A DNA stretch of 64,000 nt. It comes from a virus. This document shows positions 9,532-19,854 of this stretch, one piece after another (within the stretch, counting starts at the first letter, position 1; every line of letters starts with the position of its first letter). The position numbers and the translations under genes were made by a program. Where the stretch lies: IMG/VR virus record IMGVR_UViG_3300027896_000013; one strand, written 5' to 3'. A model generated the notes under the pieces. The model did no database searches. It was not told the origin of the DNA and was given only the letters and a program-made list of their open reading frames with translations.

Positions 9532-10865
9532 TGAATTTAAATTTAGACCAATTTGAAACACTATTGACGTATAAATGTCTAACGGATGAAGTTTATCTTT
9601 CATCAATTATAGACCATTTAAAACCTGAATACTTTAAGAGTAAGGAGATTCAAGCTGTACTTGGTATCATTACAGAATTTTATAGTAAGCGTAGCGTTGC
9701 ACCAACTCTCACAGAGATTCGAAACTATCTATCAACCGAGACACTAAAGAATCAATTTAAAACCGTAGTTGGTTCTTTCACAGGTATAGATAAAAACCTA
9801 AACACTGATGAGTTGTATGAGAATACAGAGACATTTTTAAAAGAGCGAGCAGTTTTTCACACACTGTCTAGCGTAGTCAATAAAGTATCAGGTAAAGATG
9901 CAATAGACACCGCGGATATTCTAAGCCGTTTTGAGAAATCTTGTAATATATGTCTGAATTACGACATAGGTCTTGACCTCGTACCTGGTATCGGTAGAGT
10001 GTATGATGACTTAAAGAGAACAACACCTTATATCGGTACCGGTTGGAAGTGGTTAGACGGTAAACTCGATGGTGGATTTCTTGAGAATGGTAGAGCTTTG
10101 TATGTATTTGCCGGTGAAACTAACGTCGGTAAGAGTATATTCCTTGGTAATATAGCTTCAGCTATAGCTTCTACAAACAAAACAGTACTGTTAGTGTCAT
10201 TAGAAATGTCTGAGATGATGTATGCTAGAAGAATATGTACAAACATCACAAAGATACCTATAAGCAGGCTCCGTGACGAAGCAGATGTACTCAAAGTAAA
10301 GGTAGCTGAGTTCGCTCAACAGAAACCAGCAGCTAAGATAATAATCAAGGAGTTTCCACCTAGCACACTCACTGTCAGTAGTCTAAAAGCTTATATTCAA
10401 AAGCTGGTTAACAAGGGTATTAAACTAGACGCTATTGTAGTGGACTATGTTAACCTCTTACATTCACCGACGGGTAACAATTCATATGAACGAGTGAAGT
10501 ATAGTGCTGAGCAACTACGAGCACTTTCATATATTTTTAGTTGTCCGGTTATTACTGCAACACAACTAAATCGTAGTGGTTACGGTATCAATGAACCAAA
10601 GCTTGAGACTATATCTGAAAGTATGGCGCTACCAAATACAGCCGACTTTATGTGTGGTATCTGGCAGGATGATACCGATCGACAGCTAGGAGTCATTAAG
10701 ATGAGCTTAATGAAAAACCGTTTCGGACCCAATTTTGGTACCTGTAATATGAGAATTGATTACGGTACCTTAACAGTATATGAAGATAACGATGTAAGCA
10801 AAACAGAATCAAGTAATTCTACTCTATCAACATTAGCAGCCTTGAGCGTTGATAAAGGCAAGTGA
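9531..10865 (+). CDS. gp41: Replicative DNA helicase (T4 gp41/DnaB-like)
   Basis: GETNVGKS, SLEMSE, IKEFP, VDYVNL, TATQLNRSG, SES, KNRFG. Confidence 0.95.
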   Translation: MNLNLDQFETLLTYKCLTDEVYLSSIIDHLKPEYFKSKEIQAVLGIITEFYSKRSVAPTLTEIRNYLSTETLKNQFKTVVGSFTGIDKNLNTDELYENTETFLKERAVFHTLSSVVNKVSGKDAIDTADILSRFEKSCNICLNYDIGLDLVPGIGRVYDDLKRTTPYIGTGWKWLDGKLDGGFLENGRALYVFAGETNVGKSIFLGNIASAIASTNKTVLLVSLEMSEMMYARRICTNITKIPISRLRDEADVLKVKVAEFAQQKPAAKIIIKEFPPSTLTVSSLKAYIQKLVNKGIKLDAIVVDYVNLLHSPTGNNSYERVKYSAEQLRALSYIFSCPVITATQLNRSGYGINEPKLETISESMALPNTADFMCGIWQDDTDRQLGVIKMSLMKNRFGPNFGTCNMRIDYGTLTVYEDNDVSKTESSNSTLSTLAALSVDKGK

Positions 10866-10886
10866 TAGCATAACTACTTTAACACC

Positions 10887-11783
10887 ATGGCAAAGAACGT
10901 ATTCATATTTGCAGATAAAGACATGGACGGCGCTGGTTGCGTACTAGCTACTGTCTGGTCTCTACCGAATGTAAATATCAAATTCATATCTGCAGGTGAA
11001 TACAATTTCAGAGAGGTTTTTACGAAGTGGTGGGCTGATGCGGAAACCCACAATACAACCGATCAAGTATTTGTCTGTGATCTAAATGTAGCTGCCGACC
11101 ATGCGGATATATTAGATTATGACAAGGTTTGCATTGTTGATCATCATGTCTATAGTAATGATGTAAAGCATCTTTACAAGCGAGCACATCTTTTTTGCGA
11201 TAAATTAGCCTCTAGTAGTACGCGACTTATGTGTACACTACTCAACAACTATAGTACATTTACCTGGCAACAAAGAAAGCTAATTGATCTGATAGATGAT
11301 AATGATTCCTTTACACACCTGATACCTGAATCAAGAGATCTCAATACAGTATTCTACTCTCTTCAAGGTGATAAAGTGAGAGCGTTTGTTAATCAATTTA
11401 AGACAGGTTTTAACAGTTTTAATTTAGAGCAGCAGAACATTATCAGATTTCACAAATTAAAACTACAACAAACGATTGATAACGTAACACCGTTTAAAGC
11501 AGAGCTAGACCTTGGAGGTGCTAAACGCGTAGTATTTTCTGCGTTTGCTGATTATGGTGTTAATGATGTAGCACAGCATCTTATTAAAAATTACGGTGCT
11601 GAGATAGCTATTATCATAAACCTTAAGAACAAAACAGTATCGTTCAGACGAAGCAAGACGAGCAATTATGACGTTAGCATACTCTCTAAACAGCTAGTCG
11701 GTGGCGCTGGACATGAGAAGGCTGCAGGTGGTGTCATAACTGATAAACTCCTAGCATTTTCAAAACTCTTTCAACCCGCATGA
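10887..11783 (+). CDS. DHH-family phosphoesterase
   Basis: DKDMDG, CDL, VDHH, SFRR, GGAGHEKAAG (DHHA1 domain). Confidence 0.88.
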   Translation: MAKNVFIFADKDMDGAGCVLATVWSLPNVNIKFISAGEYNFREVFTKWWADAETHNTTDQVFVCDLNVAADHADILDYDKVCIVDHHVYSNDVKHLYKRAHLFCDKLASSSTRLMCTLLNNYSTFTWQQRKLIDLIDDNDSFTHLIPESRDLNTVFYSLQGDKVRAFVNQFKTGFNSFNLEQQNIIRFHKLKLQQTIDNVTPFKAELDLGGAKRVVFSAFADYGVNDVAQHLIKNYGAEIAIIINLKNKTVSFRRSKTSNYDVSILSKQLVGGAGHEKAAGGVITDKLLAFSKLFQPA

Positions 11784-12064
11784 AATTTGACGATTATATT
11801 GAAACAGAAGTATTAGAAACCTCTTATCTATTTTTAAGCTTCTGTACTTTTGCCTCTCTCTCACAAGGCAAAAAGCTCAACACTGCTAACGTCTTCTTGT
11901 TGCTTCTTCGCAATAAAAACTTACGCAACATTTTCAAGCGTCGTATGGAGATAGATAGTGATTACGAAGCTGTTAGTTTATTTCTCAAATTTGACTCATC
12001 ATTATACAAGAGCAAATATATCATGAAATATTTAAATAAAGCTGGAGATAAGAAGATAAAGTGA
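11780..12064 (+). CDS. Hypothetical protein
   Basis: 94 aa, ATGA overlap with the DHH gene. Confidence 0.7.
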   Translation: MKFDDYIETEVLETSYLFLSFCTFASLSQGKKLNTANVFLLLLRNKNLRNIFKRRMEIDSDYEAVSLFLKFDSSLYKSKYIMKYLNKAGDKKIK

Positions 12065-12076
12065 TATACTTAGGTA

Positions 12077-12730
12077 ATGGAAAATTTCGAAAAGTATGTT
12101 TATAACACTTGGTTGAAGCACTCACGTAAGGGTCAGCCATGGCAGCCTCGGAAAGATTTCTCTGATTTCGAAAATGATAAGAATTATGTACCGTTGATGA
12201 AGTTAGTCAGCTTTTTTAGATCACACCCAACAGTAAATGTAGAATGGTTTATTCAAGCACCTTATCTAGTTCACCCTGAAGAGTCATTCTATTTAGACTT
12301 CTATATAACTTTCCGTGCTATAACTGCCTATAGTGTCATGACTTCTACTATTGCTAATGAGCAACCAGATAAATTGCTTAGTCATATTGTAGACTCTTTT
12401 CAATTCATCAGAGACTTCTGTACAGAAAAGGGAATTACCATAGAAGAATACCTATCATATAAGGCTGGTGTTATTAACGATTTTGTTACTCATTTACTGC
12501 AACACAAGACAAACATATACGGTTTATTTGCATTTCCTAACTACGATTCTCAAATAAAAGATTTTTCAAAAGAAGAGCTGGAATTTATACTTGGCTCAAA
12601 ATTTGTAAACCAATTGGATATGTTCAGGACTCGCTGGCAGACATCGTCCAAAGCTAAAAAACTTTCTGTAGAGTGCTACAAAAAAATTAAAAAAATACTT
12701 GAAAAAGAGAAAGAAGAGACTAAGATATAA
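12077..12730 (+). CDS. Hypothetical protein, possibly gp59-like helicase loader
   Basis: 217 aa, basic and aromatic, immediately upstream of gene 32 as gene 59 is in T4; no motif-level proof. Confidence 0.45.
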   Translation: MENFEKYVYNTWLKHSRKGQPWQPRKDFSDFENDKNYVPLMKLVSFFRSHPTVNVEWFIQAPYLVHPEESFYLDFYITFRAITAYSVMTSTIANEQPDKLLSHIVDSFQFIRDFCTEKGITIEEYLSYKAGVINDFVTHLLQHKTNIYGLFAFPNYDSQIKDFSKEELEFILGSKFVNQLDMFRTRWQTSSKAKKLSVECYKKIKKILEKEKEETKI

Positions 12731-12794
12731 CGTATGACGCTTCTTGTGAAGCTGAAATGCACAACAGAAAAACACAAATAAAACAAAAACTAGT

Positions 12795-13646
12795 ATGAGT
12801 ACATATACAAACAGCATGTTCGAGAGTATCAAAGGAGCACTTCAGAAAAACGACTCCGGTAGCACACGATACAAAGACCAACTCCGCCTTGAAGTGGGCA
12901 ATTCCTATACAGTACGGCTTCTACCGTATGTGAAGGACCCAAACAAGACGTTTCTTCATTATTATTCCTTTTCGTGGGCTAGCTTAGCCACCGGACAGAA
13001 GCAAATCTTGACGAGTCCGACGTCCTGGGGTGACCCGGATCCGATTGCAGAGGAACGCAACCGTGTCTATCGCAATGGTACCGAAGCAGAAAAAGCGAAG
13101 ATTAAGGCAATCCGCAGAAGCGAAAACTGGATGGTTAACGTTTACGTTATCTCTGACCCAGTTAACCCTGATAATAACGGTAAGGTTAAGACGATTCGTA
13201 TGGGTCGCCAGCTTTACAAGATTATTAACGACGCCATGGAAGGTGAAGGCGCAGAGGATATCGGTCCGCGTATGTTTGACTTGAGTGCTGCAGGTTGCAG
13301 CTTGGTTATCAAGGTTGAACAACAGGGTGACTATCCGACCTACGTGTCATCTAAGTTCCGCTCAGCCAAGGCTATCGAAGGTCTTGCTGAAACGGAGTTC
13401 GAGAAAATCTACGGTTCAGTGCACGACTTGAGTCAGTTTGTTACGACCAAGACGTACGATGAGCTGAAGACGATTCTTAACCAGCACTACTTCTGTATTG
13501 GTGTTACAACGCCGCATCCAGTTCAAGATAATATTGCACTGCCTGCTTCCGTAGTTGAATCTACACCTACAGCTGTTGCGCCGGTGGCAGCAACTGCAGG
13601 TAGCCAAGACCCACAGCTTGATGCACTGATGGCAACACTCAAGTAA
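12795..13646 (+). CDS. gp32: Single-stranded DNA-binding protein (T4 gp32-like)
   Basis: TVRLLP, DPIAE, NVYVISDPVNPDNNGKVK, GCSLVIK, YPTYVSSKF. Confidence 0.92.
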   Translation: MSTYTNSMFESIKGALQKNDSGSTRYKDQLRLEVGNSYTVRLLPYVKDPNKTFLHYYSFSWASLATGQKQILTSPTSWGDPDPIAEERNRVYRNGTEAEKAKIKAIRRSENWMVNVYVISDPVNPDNNGKVKTIRMGRQLYKIINDAMEGEGAEDIGPRMFDLSAAGCSLVIKVEQQGDYPTYVSSKFRSAKAIEGLAETEFEKIYGSVHDLSQFVTTKTYDELKTILNQHYFCIGVTTPHPVQDNIALPASVVESTPTAVAPVAATAGSQDPQLDALMATLK

Positions 13647-14087
13647 ATGAACAATCCTGATGACATGTCATCTGTTGACCCGCTTATTGCACGGCAAATA
13701 GCTATGCAGTTTTGCGGGCAACAGATGGGGGAGATGAAAGACCTTAACAGTCGCATAGTTTCATCAAACTCCACTATGCAGCCTGTTAAGGTCGACATCA
13801 AAGCTGTGGTAGACTCTGTACCCATCTTTAGAGGTCCACCAGTACAACAGACGCCAGTTCACCAATCAATGAGTCAACCGGCGCCAAGTCTACCACAGCA
13901 GATTGTACACGTACCTATGGCACCACCGCAAGTGTTACCACCGGTGGTATCTAGAGATTCAAATCAACTTGAATTGATTTTTGATTATAACGCAGCTCAA
14001 GATGTTATTAAGCGTCTTGAACGTATCGAGGCATTAGTTAAACGTATTGCAGAAACAATGCCTCAGCCAAAGCAAAAAAAAAGTTGA
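13647..14087 (+). CDS. Hypothetical Pro/Gln-rich protein
   Basis: 146 aa ORF abutting gene 32. Confidence 0.7.
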   Translation: MNNPDDMSSVDPLIARQIAMQFCGQQMGEMKDLNSRIVSSNSTMQPVKVDIKAVVDSVPIFRGPPVQQTPVHQSMSQPAPSLPQQIVHVPMAPPQVLPPVVSRDSNQLELIFDYNAAQDVIKRLERIEALVKRIAETMPQPKQKKS

Positions 14088-14118
14088 ACTTCCTTCAAAT
14101 AGTTCGTAATATATTCGA

Positions 14119-14853
14119 ATGAATTTACATTTTGAAACACCCGGTGTCTTTATAGACTCCTTTCTTCAACCACTAAGTCGTATTACTGATAGTGGTATTA
14201 TGAAGATCGAACCTTCAAAGATCTCTTGTTTGATTGCTACAGGGGATGGTACTATAATCGTGTATGGTGAATACACTGACCAGTTTAAAGAAATTGTAGA
14301 TCCACTTACACTGAACATACCTGACCTTAAAAAGCTTCATAAATTGCTTAATCTCATTGACGGTGCTATCGACTTAGCTGTTGATACCAATAGTGTATCG
14401 TATGATTCAGATGCAATACGTTTTAAATATCATCTCTTCGAAAATGGTATTATTAAGACACCTTCTCTAAACATGAGCAAGCTAGCTACCATACCGTTTG
14501 ATAGTAGTTTTAGTATAACGAATGAGAAGCTTCACAACCTATTGAAAGGTAGTACATTAAACCCGGATATTAATAAGATATACCTGTCCTTCAAGGAGAA
14601 TAAGGTTTACGCTGAGATTACCGATAAGTCTAAGCACAATACTGACAGTTACGCAACACTCATTTCAGAGAACTATACAGGTCCGACAATATCTAAACCC
14701 ATACCTGTTAATTTTGAAATTATCAGGCTACTTAATAGTAGTAAGATTGCAGAGTTTAAAGCAAAGCTTTCAACGAAACTTAATGTTTTTAACTTTGAAT
14801 TGATTTCCGATAAAGTGGTTCTAAATTATATTGTATCAGCACTCATCAACTAA
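14119..14853 (+). CDS. gp45: Sliding clamp (T4 gp45-like)
   Basis: 244 aa with a two-domain alpha/beta pattern (LNIPDLKKLHKLL, YIVSALIN C-terminus) in replication context. Confidence 0.7.
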   Translation: MNLHFETPGVFIDSFLQPLSRITDSGIMKIEPSKISCLIATGDGTIIVYGEYTDQFKEIVDPLTLNIPDLKKLHKLLNLIDGAIDLAVDTNSVSYDSDAIRFKYHLFENGIIKTPSLNMSKLATIPFDSSFSITNEKLHNLLKGSTLNPDINKIYLSFKENKVYAEITDKSKHNTDSYATLISENYTGPTISKPIPVNFEIIRLLNSSKIAEFKAKLSTKLNVFNFELISDKVVLNYIVSALIN

Positions 14854-14854
14854 T

Positions 14855-15304
14855 ATGTCATTATCTAAAAATAAGCTAAAGACGGCAGGTTATGTTACCA
14901 AACGTCTCCGCGACAATGGATTTATTGTTCTTAAACTATTCGCGTTCTACTCGAAGACTGATCCACGTCGATGGACTCTACTCATTAACCCGGGTGAGGC
15001 TTCATTGTTTATGACGTGCTATCATAATCTAGACAATATTGACGAGTTTCAATTTGAGTTGAATGATGGTGGAACAAGATTCCCGAGAAATTATTCAATC
15101 AAGACCGACAGCTTAGAAGTTATTATTGAATTCCTGATTAATAAAGGTGTCACAAATAAAGACTACTGGCCTGGTAAAAATAAGTTTGTTAAAAGCAGAT
15201 TAAATACTATTGATGAGCAAAAAACCCAACTCCAAGGCCAAGAAGTCAACGGCTGCGACGAAGAAAACTCTCAAGGTAGCAGCACTGCCACCAGCTCCGT
15301 GTGA
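14855..15304 (+). CDS. Hypothetical protein
   Basis: Likely start ATG 14855 (MSLSKNKLKTAGY...). Confidence 0.7.
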   Translation: MSLSKNKLKTAGYVTKRLRDNGFIVLKLFAFYSKTDPRRWTLLINPGEASLFMTCYHNLDNIDEFQFELNDGGTRFPRNYSIKTDSLEVIIEFLINKGVTNKDYWPGKNKFVKSRLNTIDEQKTQLQGQEVNGCDEENSQGSSTATSSV

Positions 15305-15536
15305 GATAGTAGCAACCACGAGCAGAGCGACAAATGATAATTACGAAACTCTGATGACAATATTGTCAGAGTTTTTAGATTGTTATATTATTCTAGGTTT
15401 TAATACAGAGGGTCAAGATGTGAGAATCGCTTTTTCACACAACACCAAAGAGGCTTGCAGTCTCTCAACTCTTGTTAATGATTTTGCAGCTCAGCTTCGT
15501 GAACCACCCCCACAGTCACCACCAGAAAACAGTTGA
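15210..15536 (+). CDS. Hypothetical protein
   Basis: TAAATA immediately upstream; 108 aa. Confidence 0.6.
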   Translation: MMSKKPNSKAKKSTAATKKTLKVAALPPAPCEIVATTSRATNDNYETLMTILSEFLDCYIILGFNTEGQDVRIAFSHNTKEACSLSTLVNDFAAQLREPPPQSPPENS

Positions 15537-15566
15537 TTAATAGCGAATACGAGCTATTATGTAAAT

Positions 15567-16424
15567 GTGAAAACTGTTATTATCCTTGGTAAAGGGTATG
15601 TGGGGTGTAAGATGAGTGAAGAACTATCTAAAGCAGATAGCTCTTTGAACGTCATTAATATATCTGCTCGTGTACCCCAGACAGATTATACCAGTCGACA
15701 AGTCTTTGATACAATTCTGAGCGAGCATACCAATGGTGATCCACTCATCGTAATAAATTGTTCTGGTCCATCAGAAGTTAAGCTAGCAGATGACATAAAG
15801 TATGGTTTAGAGTTACCTCTTATGTTAGACGAAGTATGTGCCTCTCGAGCTGCAAAATTTATACACTTGGTAGACGCTTCGATATACAGAGGTCATAATA
15901 CACTGTTTACAGAAACTGATAAGGTAACCGACGCTGGTGAGCAAACATCTTTTAAAGAGATGATTAAGTGTATATGTGAAAATATCCTCTCAGAAAGAGG
16001 TGACGCTATCATACTCCGTACAAAAAATTTATTCGATGATACTCGTAACAAACGCAATTTTATTCAACAGGTTCTAAACGGTTCATACAGAGAAACAGAC
16101 ACGTGTGAGGATAATTACACTAGTTTAATTGATTTTTCTATATTTATTAGTAGGCTTCTATCTAGAGATGCAGAAACAGATTCTGGTATATACAACGTAG
16201 TTAATGAAGGTATAATGACTCCTCGCACTATAATAATGCTATTGCGTACAGCTGGGTATAGCCACCATGATTGGCACCACGGATCAGCTCGAGCGACCAA
16301 AAATAGCAGTATCCTATCGACGAGCAAAATAAAAAGTATGGGGCTTGGTTTACCATCAGTAAGTGAATCTTTACAGGATTGTATTAATGAAATCAAAAAT
16401 CCAACAACTGCTAACGTACCGTGA
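15567..16424 (+). CDS. NAD(P)-dependent sugar epimerase/reductase (RmlD-like SDR), degenerate
   Basis: ILGKGYVG Rossmann motif, VINCSG, FIHL, GIYNVVNEG, ILSTSKI; the catalytic YxxxK is not evident. Confidence 0.75.
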   Translation: MKTVIILGKGYVGCKMSEELSKADSSLNVINISARVPQTDYTSRQVFDTILSEHTNGDPLIVINCSGPSEVKLADDIKYGLELPLMLDEVCASRAAKFIHLVDASIYRGHNTLFTETDKVTDAGEQTSFKEMIKCICENILSERGDAIILRTKNLFDDTRNKRNFIQQVLNGSYRETDTCEDNYTSLIDFSIFISRLLSRDAETDSGIYNVVNEGIMTPRTIIMLLRTAGYSHHDWHHGSARATKNSSILSTSKIKSMGLGLPSVSESLQDCINEIKNPTTANVP

Positions 16425-16689
16425 TATTCACCCAAAAAAGCGTTACTCTTATGCCGTAACTGCTGGTGTTTTTGTCGGGGAGATATTGGTTTATACTGAA
16501 TCAACACCAGAGAATCATTATTTTCTTAGCATACCTAAGATGGTTAATAGAGAGGTACCTGTTGAGAAGTTTAGAGAAGCTTTAACGTGTAAACTAGTAG
16601 ATATTGTCGAGAAATTACCAAAATCTGTCTACAAAGTGTGTTATTTGCAGTATAAAAAGAACAATCCACCACTAAGTAATCATACATGA
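16387..16689 (+). CDS. Hypothetical protein
   Basis: ORF with likely start ATG 16387. Confidence 0.6.
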   Translation: MKSKIQQLLTYRDIHPKKRYSYAVTAGVFVGEILVYTESTPENHYFLSIPKMVNREVPVEKFREALTCKLVDIVEKLPKSVYKVCYLQYKKNNPPLSNHT

Positions 16690-16880
16690 ATGCACCAACA
16701 ATTAAGCCGATAATTATCACATCACCGATTAGTGGCCAGCCCTGCAGACCGACGCTAGCTACCTATATTCGCGGTGGTAAGAAGATTACTGAAGCTTCTT
16801 ATATTGACCCCGCTTCAGGTGCCTTTATTAGAAAAGGTATTGTTAGCGTTGAGGATGTCGCAAAAGAAGAGAAGAAATAA
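16686..16880 (+). CDS. Hypothetical protein
   Basis: TAAGTA 6 nt upstream of ATG; 64 aa. Confidence 0.65.
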   Translation: MNAPTIKPIIITSPISGQPCRPTLATYIRGGKKITEASYIDPASGAFIRKGIVSVEDVAKEEKK

Positions 16881-16883
16881 CTC

Positions 16884-16912
16884 TTGCACTTCTATTAGAT
16901 ACTTCGTATAAT
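16884..16912 (+). promoter_or_regulatory. sigma70-like promoter of the primase gene (leaderless)
   Basis: TTGCAC-17-TATAAT, 6 nt before GTG 16919. Confidence 0.75.
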
Positions 16913-16918
16913 TCCAGG

Positions 16919-17974
16919 GTGAGTTTACCTGAGGAATATATAATTCAGAAATTCTTTTCTTACAATGGTGGTGTAAAATATCTTAAGCACCAGCATGTAT
17001 ATCAAGGATCATGTTACATCTGTAAAGAAGGTAACTCGTGGCTAAAAAAGAAGCGTTGTTACTATCTCACTAAGGAAGATGCAATTTGTTGTCATAATTG
17101 CGGGTGGTATAGCAAACCGTTAAAATGGATAATGGAGGTAACAGGTTCATCATATGCTGAGGTGATGAAAGAAGCAAAGACTTTTGAGTTCATACCAAAA
17201 ACTTTAGAAGATACTGTTAAGGTTAAACCTAAGATAGCGGAAAAACTACCACATGATTCAATAAATCTTCTCGATAAATCTCAGGTAATGTTCTACAAAG
17301 ATGTTCCAGTGGTTCGAACGGTTATAAACCTAATGATGAAGCGTAGGCTTGCTACTGCTATTAATAGACCGAAGGGTTTATACGTCAGTTTAACAGATAA
17401 GGTGCATGCCAATAGGCTTATATTACCGTTTTATAATGAGGTCGGTGATGTTGTATTTTATCAATCTAGAGGTGTACTTGATACTGATATTGCAAGCAGA
17501 CCGAAGTATATCAGTAAAATCGGTGGCGACAAAACACTCTTTAATATCGATAAAATCACCAATGATTTTGATAGTATTTTCATTTTTGAAGGCCCTATAA
17601 ATTCGTTCTTTTGTATTAACGGTGTAGCTGTTGGAGGTATTCAAGAGAAGAGTTACAACAACTACACACCTATGCAGGCGAAGCAGATACAGAAATATCC
17701 ATTACATCGAAAGATATGGGTATTAGACTCTCAATGGATAGATACCGCTAGCGCAAATAAATCACAGCGATTGATTGAATCAGGTGAGTCGGTTTTTATA
17801 TGGCCGAAAGACAAAGGTACCAAATATAAAGATTTTAACGATATTGCTATTGCAGAGGGTATAGATAAAATTGACCCCCAGTTTGTATTTGATAATACAC
17901 ACCAGGGGTTAAATGCTAAACTAAAGCTAGCTGAGATATTAAGAGTTAGAGGAGATAAGGTACCCCTTCATTGA
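16919..17974 (+). CDS. gp61: DNA primase (T4 gp61-like)
   Basis: CYIC...CHNCG zinc finger, RLILPF, YQSR, PKY, TOPRIM FEGPINS, KDFND. Confidence 0.93.
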   Translation: MSLPEEYIIQKFFSYNGGVKYLKHQHVYQGSCYICKEGNSWLKKKRCYYLTKEDAICCHNCGWYSKPLKWIMEVTGSSYAEVMKEAKTFEFIPKTLEDTVKVKPKIAEKLPHDSINLLDKSQVMFYKDVPVVRTVINLMMKRRLATAINRPKGLYVSLTDKVHANRLILPFYNEVGDVVFYQSRGVLDTDIASRPKYISKIGGDKTLFNIDKITNDFDSIFIFEGPINSFFCINGVAVGGIQEKSYNNYTPMQAKQIQKYPLHRKIWVLDSQWIDTASANKSQRLIESGESVFIWPKDKGTKYKDFNDIAIAEGIDKIDPQFVFDNTHQGLNAKLKLAEILRVRGDKVPLH

Positions 17975-18364
17975 CTCAGATAGAGAGCTAAGCTCAGCTG
18001 CGAGACGGGATATCTTCTTCTTTTCACTGCGAGCAATGTCATCAAACATGGTATCACAACCAGCTGCATGAAGCTTTGATTGCAGAGAATCAGGTGTTGG
18101 CGCATTAAGAAATTCAATAAAATTGTCAATCGTAGCAATCCACGCTTTAAGTTCACCTATCTGTTTATGCTTATGTTCGTCGTTCTTCTGGGGTGGTGTT
18201 GGTACATCGTAATCTTCAGCTCTTGCACCACTATCGAGAGAATTCGCCATAGCTGCGCGCTCAGCATTATCAGCATTACCGACGTCTCCACTAGGGTTAG
18301 GAGCGGCATCAACAACTGGAGCATCCTGCTCCAAAGCGAGTATAAAGCGATCTTGGTATTTCAT
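17939..18364 (-). CDS. Hypothetical late protein
   Basis: TATAAATA at 18371-18378; N-terminus MKYQDRFILALE resembles a capsid-targeting sequence. Confidence 0.75.
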   Translation of the reverse strand: MKYQDRFILALEQDAPVVDAAPNPSGDVGNADNAERAAMANSLDSGARAEDYDVPTPPQKNDEHKHKQIGELKAWIATIDNFIEFLNAPTPDSLQSKLHAAGCDTMFDDIARSEKKKISRLAAELSSLSESMKGYLISSNS

Positions 18365-18370
18365 TGTAAT

Positions 18371-18406
18371 TATTTATATCTAGCCATGCTAAAATAGGTA
18401 TAAATA
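18371..18406. promoter_or_regulatory. Divergent pair of T4-type late promoters
   Basis: TATAAATA on minus (18371-18378) and on plus (18399-18406), each 5-6 nt from a start codon. Confidence 0.75.
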
Positions 18407-18411
18407 ATTCG

Positions 18412-18771
18412 GTGAATAGAACTACTGCACTCTTTGAAGATACAACAATGGCATATAATAGATGGGTACAGGGTATCGCATCTAGAGAACTTGCTTCGAC
18501 ACGTGTAAATGTACCACAGGTTTTAAACAAACAACCTATAGTCGACAAAGCACCGAAGACGATGCACCCAGTTTTAGACAAGACACCAGAAATTGTTGGT
18601 AGTCTTATACTAAATCTGACCAATCTTAGTCAGAAAGTCGACCTTGCTCTTAACTCTAATTTAGTAAAGAGTGAACGGAAAAAGGAAACACTCATTAGAC
18701 TTCAAAAGAAGATAAAGAAGAATTTGAGATATGTTAGCACATTTATTACTGATTTCGAGAGTCTATCTTGA
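18412..18771 (+). CDS. Hypothetical late protein
   Basis: GTG start 5 nt after TATAAATA. Confidence 0.7.
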   Translation: MNRTTALFEDTTMAYNRWVQGIASRELASTRVNVPQVLNKQPIVDKAPKTMHPVLDKTPEIVGSLILNLTNLSQKVDLALNSNLVKSERKKETLIRLQKKIKKNLRYVSTFITDFESLS

Positions 18772-18801
18772 TTTCGCGTAAAAATGTCGTAAAATATCTG
18801 C

Positions 18802-19275
18802 ATGATTAAAAGAGCAATATTCGGTCTCCTCATCGTTACTACTATTAGCGCTCTAGTAGCATTCGTATTTTCATCTGGTACATTATCATTCCTTAGATGG
18901 TTTATAGGTACATTCGTATTCCAGTTTATACTTCAATATGTGATTACACTGGTGTTAGATGCAAGAATCGGTTCGAAAATTAAACAATTTGAACAACAAA
19001 CTGCAGAGCTTTTAACTAAAAATGAACAGCCAGTGGCTTGTCCATGCCCTGTAAAAAACGTACAATTGGTATCTGTAGATTTCTCTAATCCAGTAACATA
19101 CAAGTGTTCACAGTGTAATAAAGATATCAAAGCTTATACTGAGATCACATCTGTTTTAGCAACAGTGCCAATTGATAACAAAAAAGTTCTCAAAGAGAGT
19201 CTTGATAAGCTGAATAGTGAAGTAACGAAAAAAGAAAAGGATGTATATGCTCACTCTGCAACAAGCGACCAGTGA
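18802..19275 (+). CDS. Membrane protein with two TM helices and a CxC...CxxC zinc ribbon
   Basis: Two N-terminal hydrophobic segments; CPCP...CSQC. Confidence 0.7.
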   Translation: MIKRAIFGLLIVTTISALVAFVFSSGTLSFLRWFIGTFVFQFILQYVITLVLDARIGSKIKQFEQQTAELLTKNEQPVACPCPVKNVQLVSVDFSNPVTYKCSQCNKDIKAYTEITSVLATVPIDNKKVLKESLDKLNSEVTKKEKDVYAHSATSDQ

Positions 19276-19609
19276 AGTTGATCTAGCAGTACTTAAATCT
19301 GCTAATAGAGAAATGTATGAGGCTTATAAAAAGGGCCAGGAAAGCATGCGTAAAGTATTCACAAACGACGCAGAATTTGTTCAATGCTTTTTAAAGTCGT
19401 TTTTTGAGTATTATTCAACTATCATTTTAACACTTCCAGAAGCCGATAGAGTTATAGAAACTGCGAAACTTAGGCTTGCACAAGAGCAGCTAGAAGCCAT
19501 AATGAAAATATTTGTTTTTAATAAGAATTATCTTGATAAAAACTTATTTCTGTTCTATACTCTAGCCTATGTCAACGACATTGTTAGAAAACAAAGTGGT
19601 AACGCGTAG
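19241..19609 (+). CDS. Hypothetical protein
   Basis: 122 aa helical ORF. Confidence 0.6.
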   Translation: MYMLTLQQATSEVDLAVLKSANREMYEAYKKGQESMRKVFTNDAEFVQCFLKSFFEYYSTIILTLPEADRVIETAKLRLAQEQLEAIMKIFVFNKNYLDKNLFLFYTLAYVNDIVRKQSGNA

Positions 19610-19850
19610 TAAACAAGGTATAGCAACATACGACCTAGATGAGTATTGTAGATGGTTGTGCTTACTTGAAGCAATCGAACATATCGATTACAAAGCTAAA
19701 GAATTAGACTTCGACTTAGATACTGATAAAACATGGGTACAACCTCTAGCTCTTCAGAAGTATATTAGAGAACGATTCCTATCTATGAAGTTTGATGTGG
19801 TTTCACAGCTCGGTGGAGATGTTAGTGGTATTACACTACCAGTAAAATAG
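19569..19850 (+). CDS. Hypothetical protein
   Basis: TTGATA-17-TATACT 7 nt upstream of ATG. Confidence 0.7.
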   Translation: MSTTLLENKVVTRSKQGIATYDLDEYCRWLCLLEAIEHIDYKAKELDFDLDTDKTWVQPLALQKYIRERFLSMKFDVVSQLGGDVSGITLPVK

Positions 19851-19854
19851 CTAG

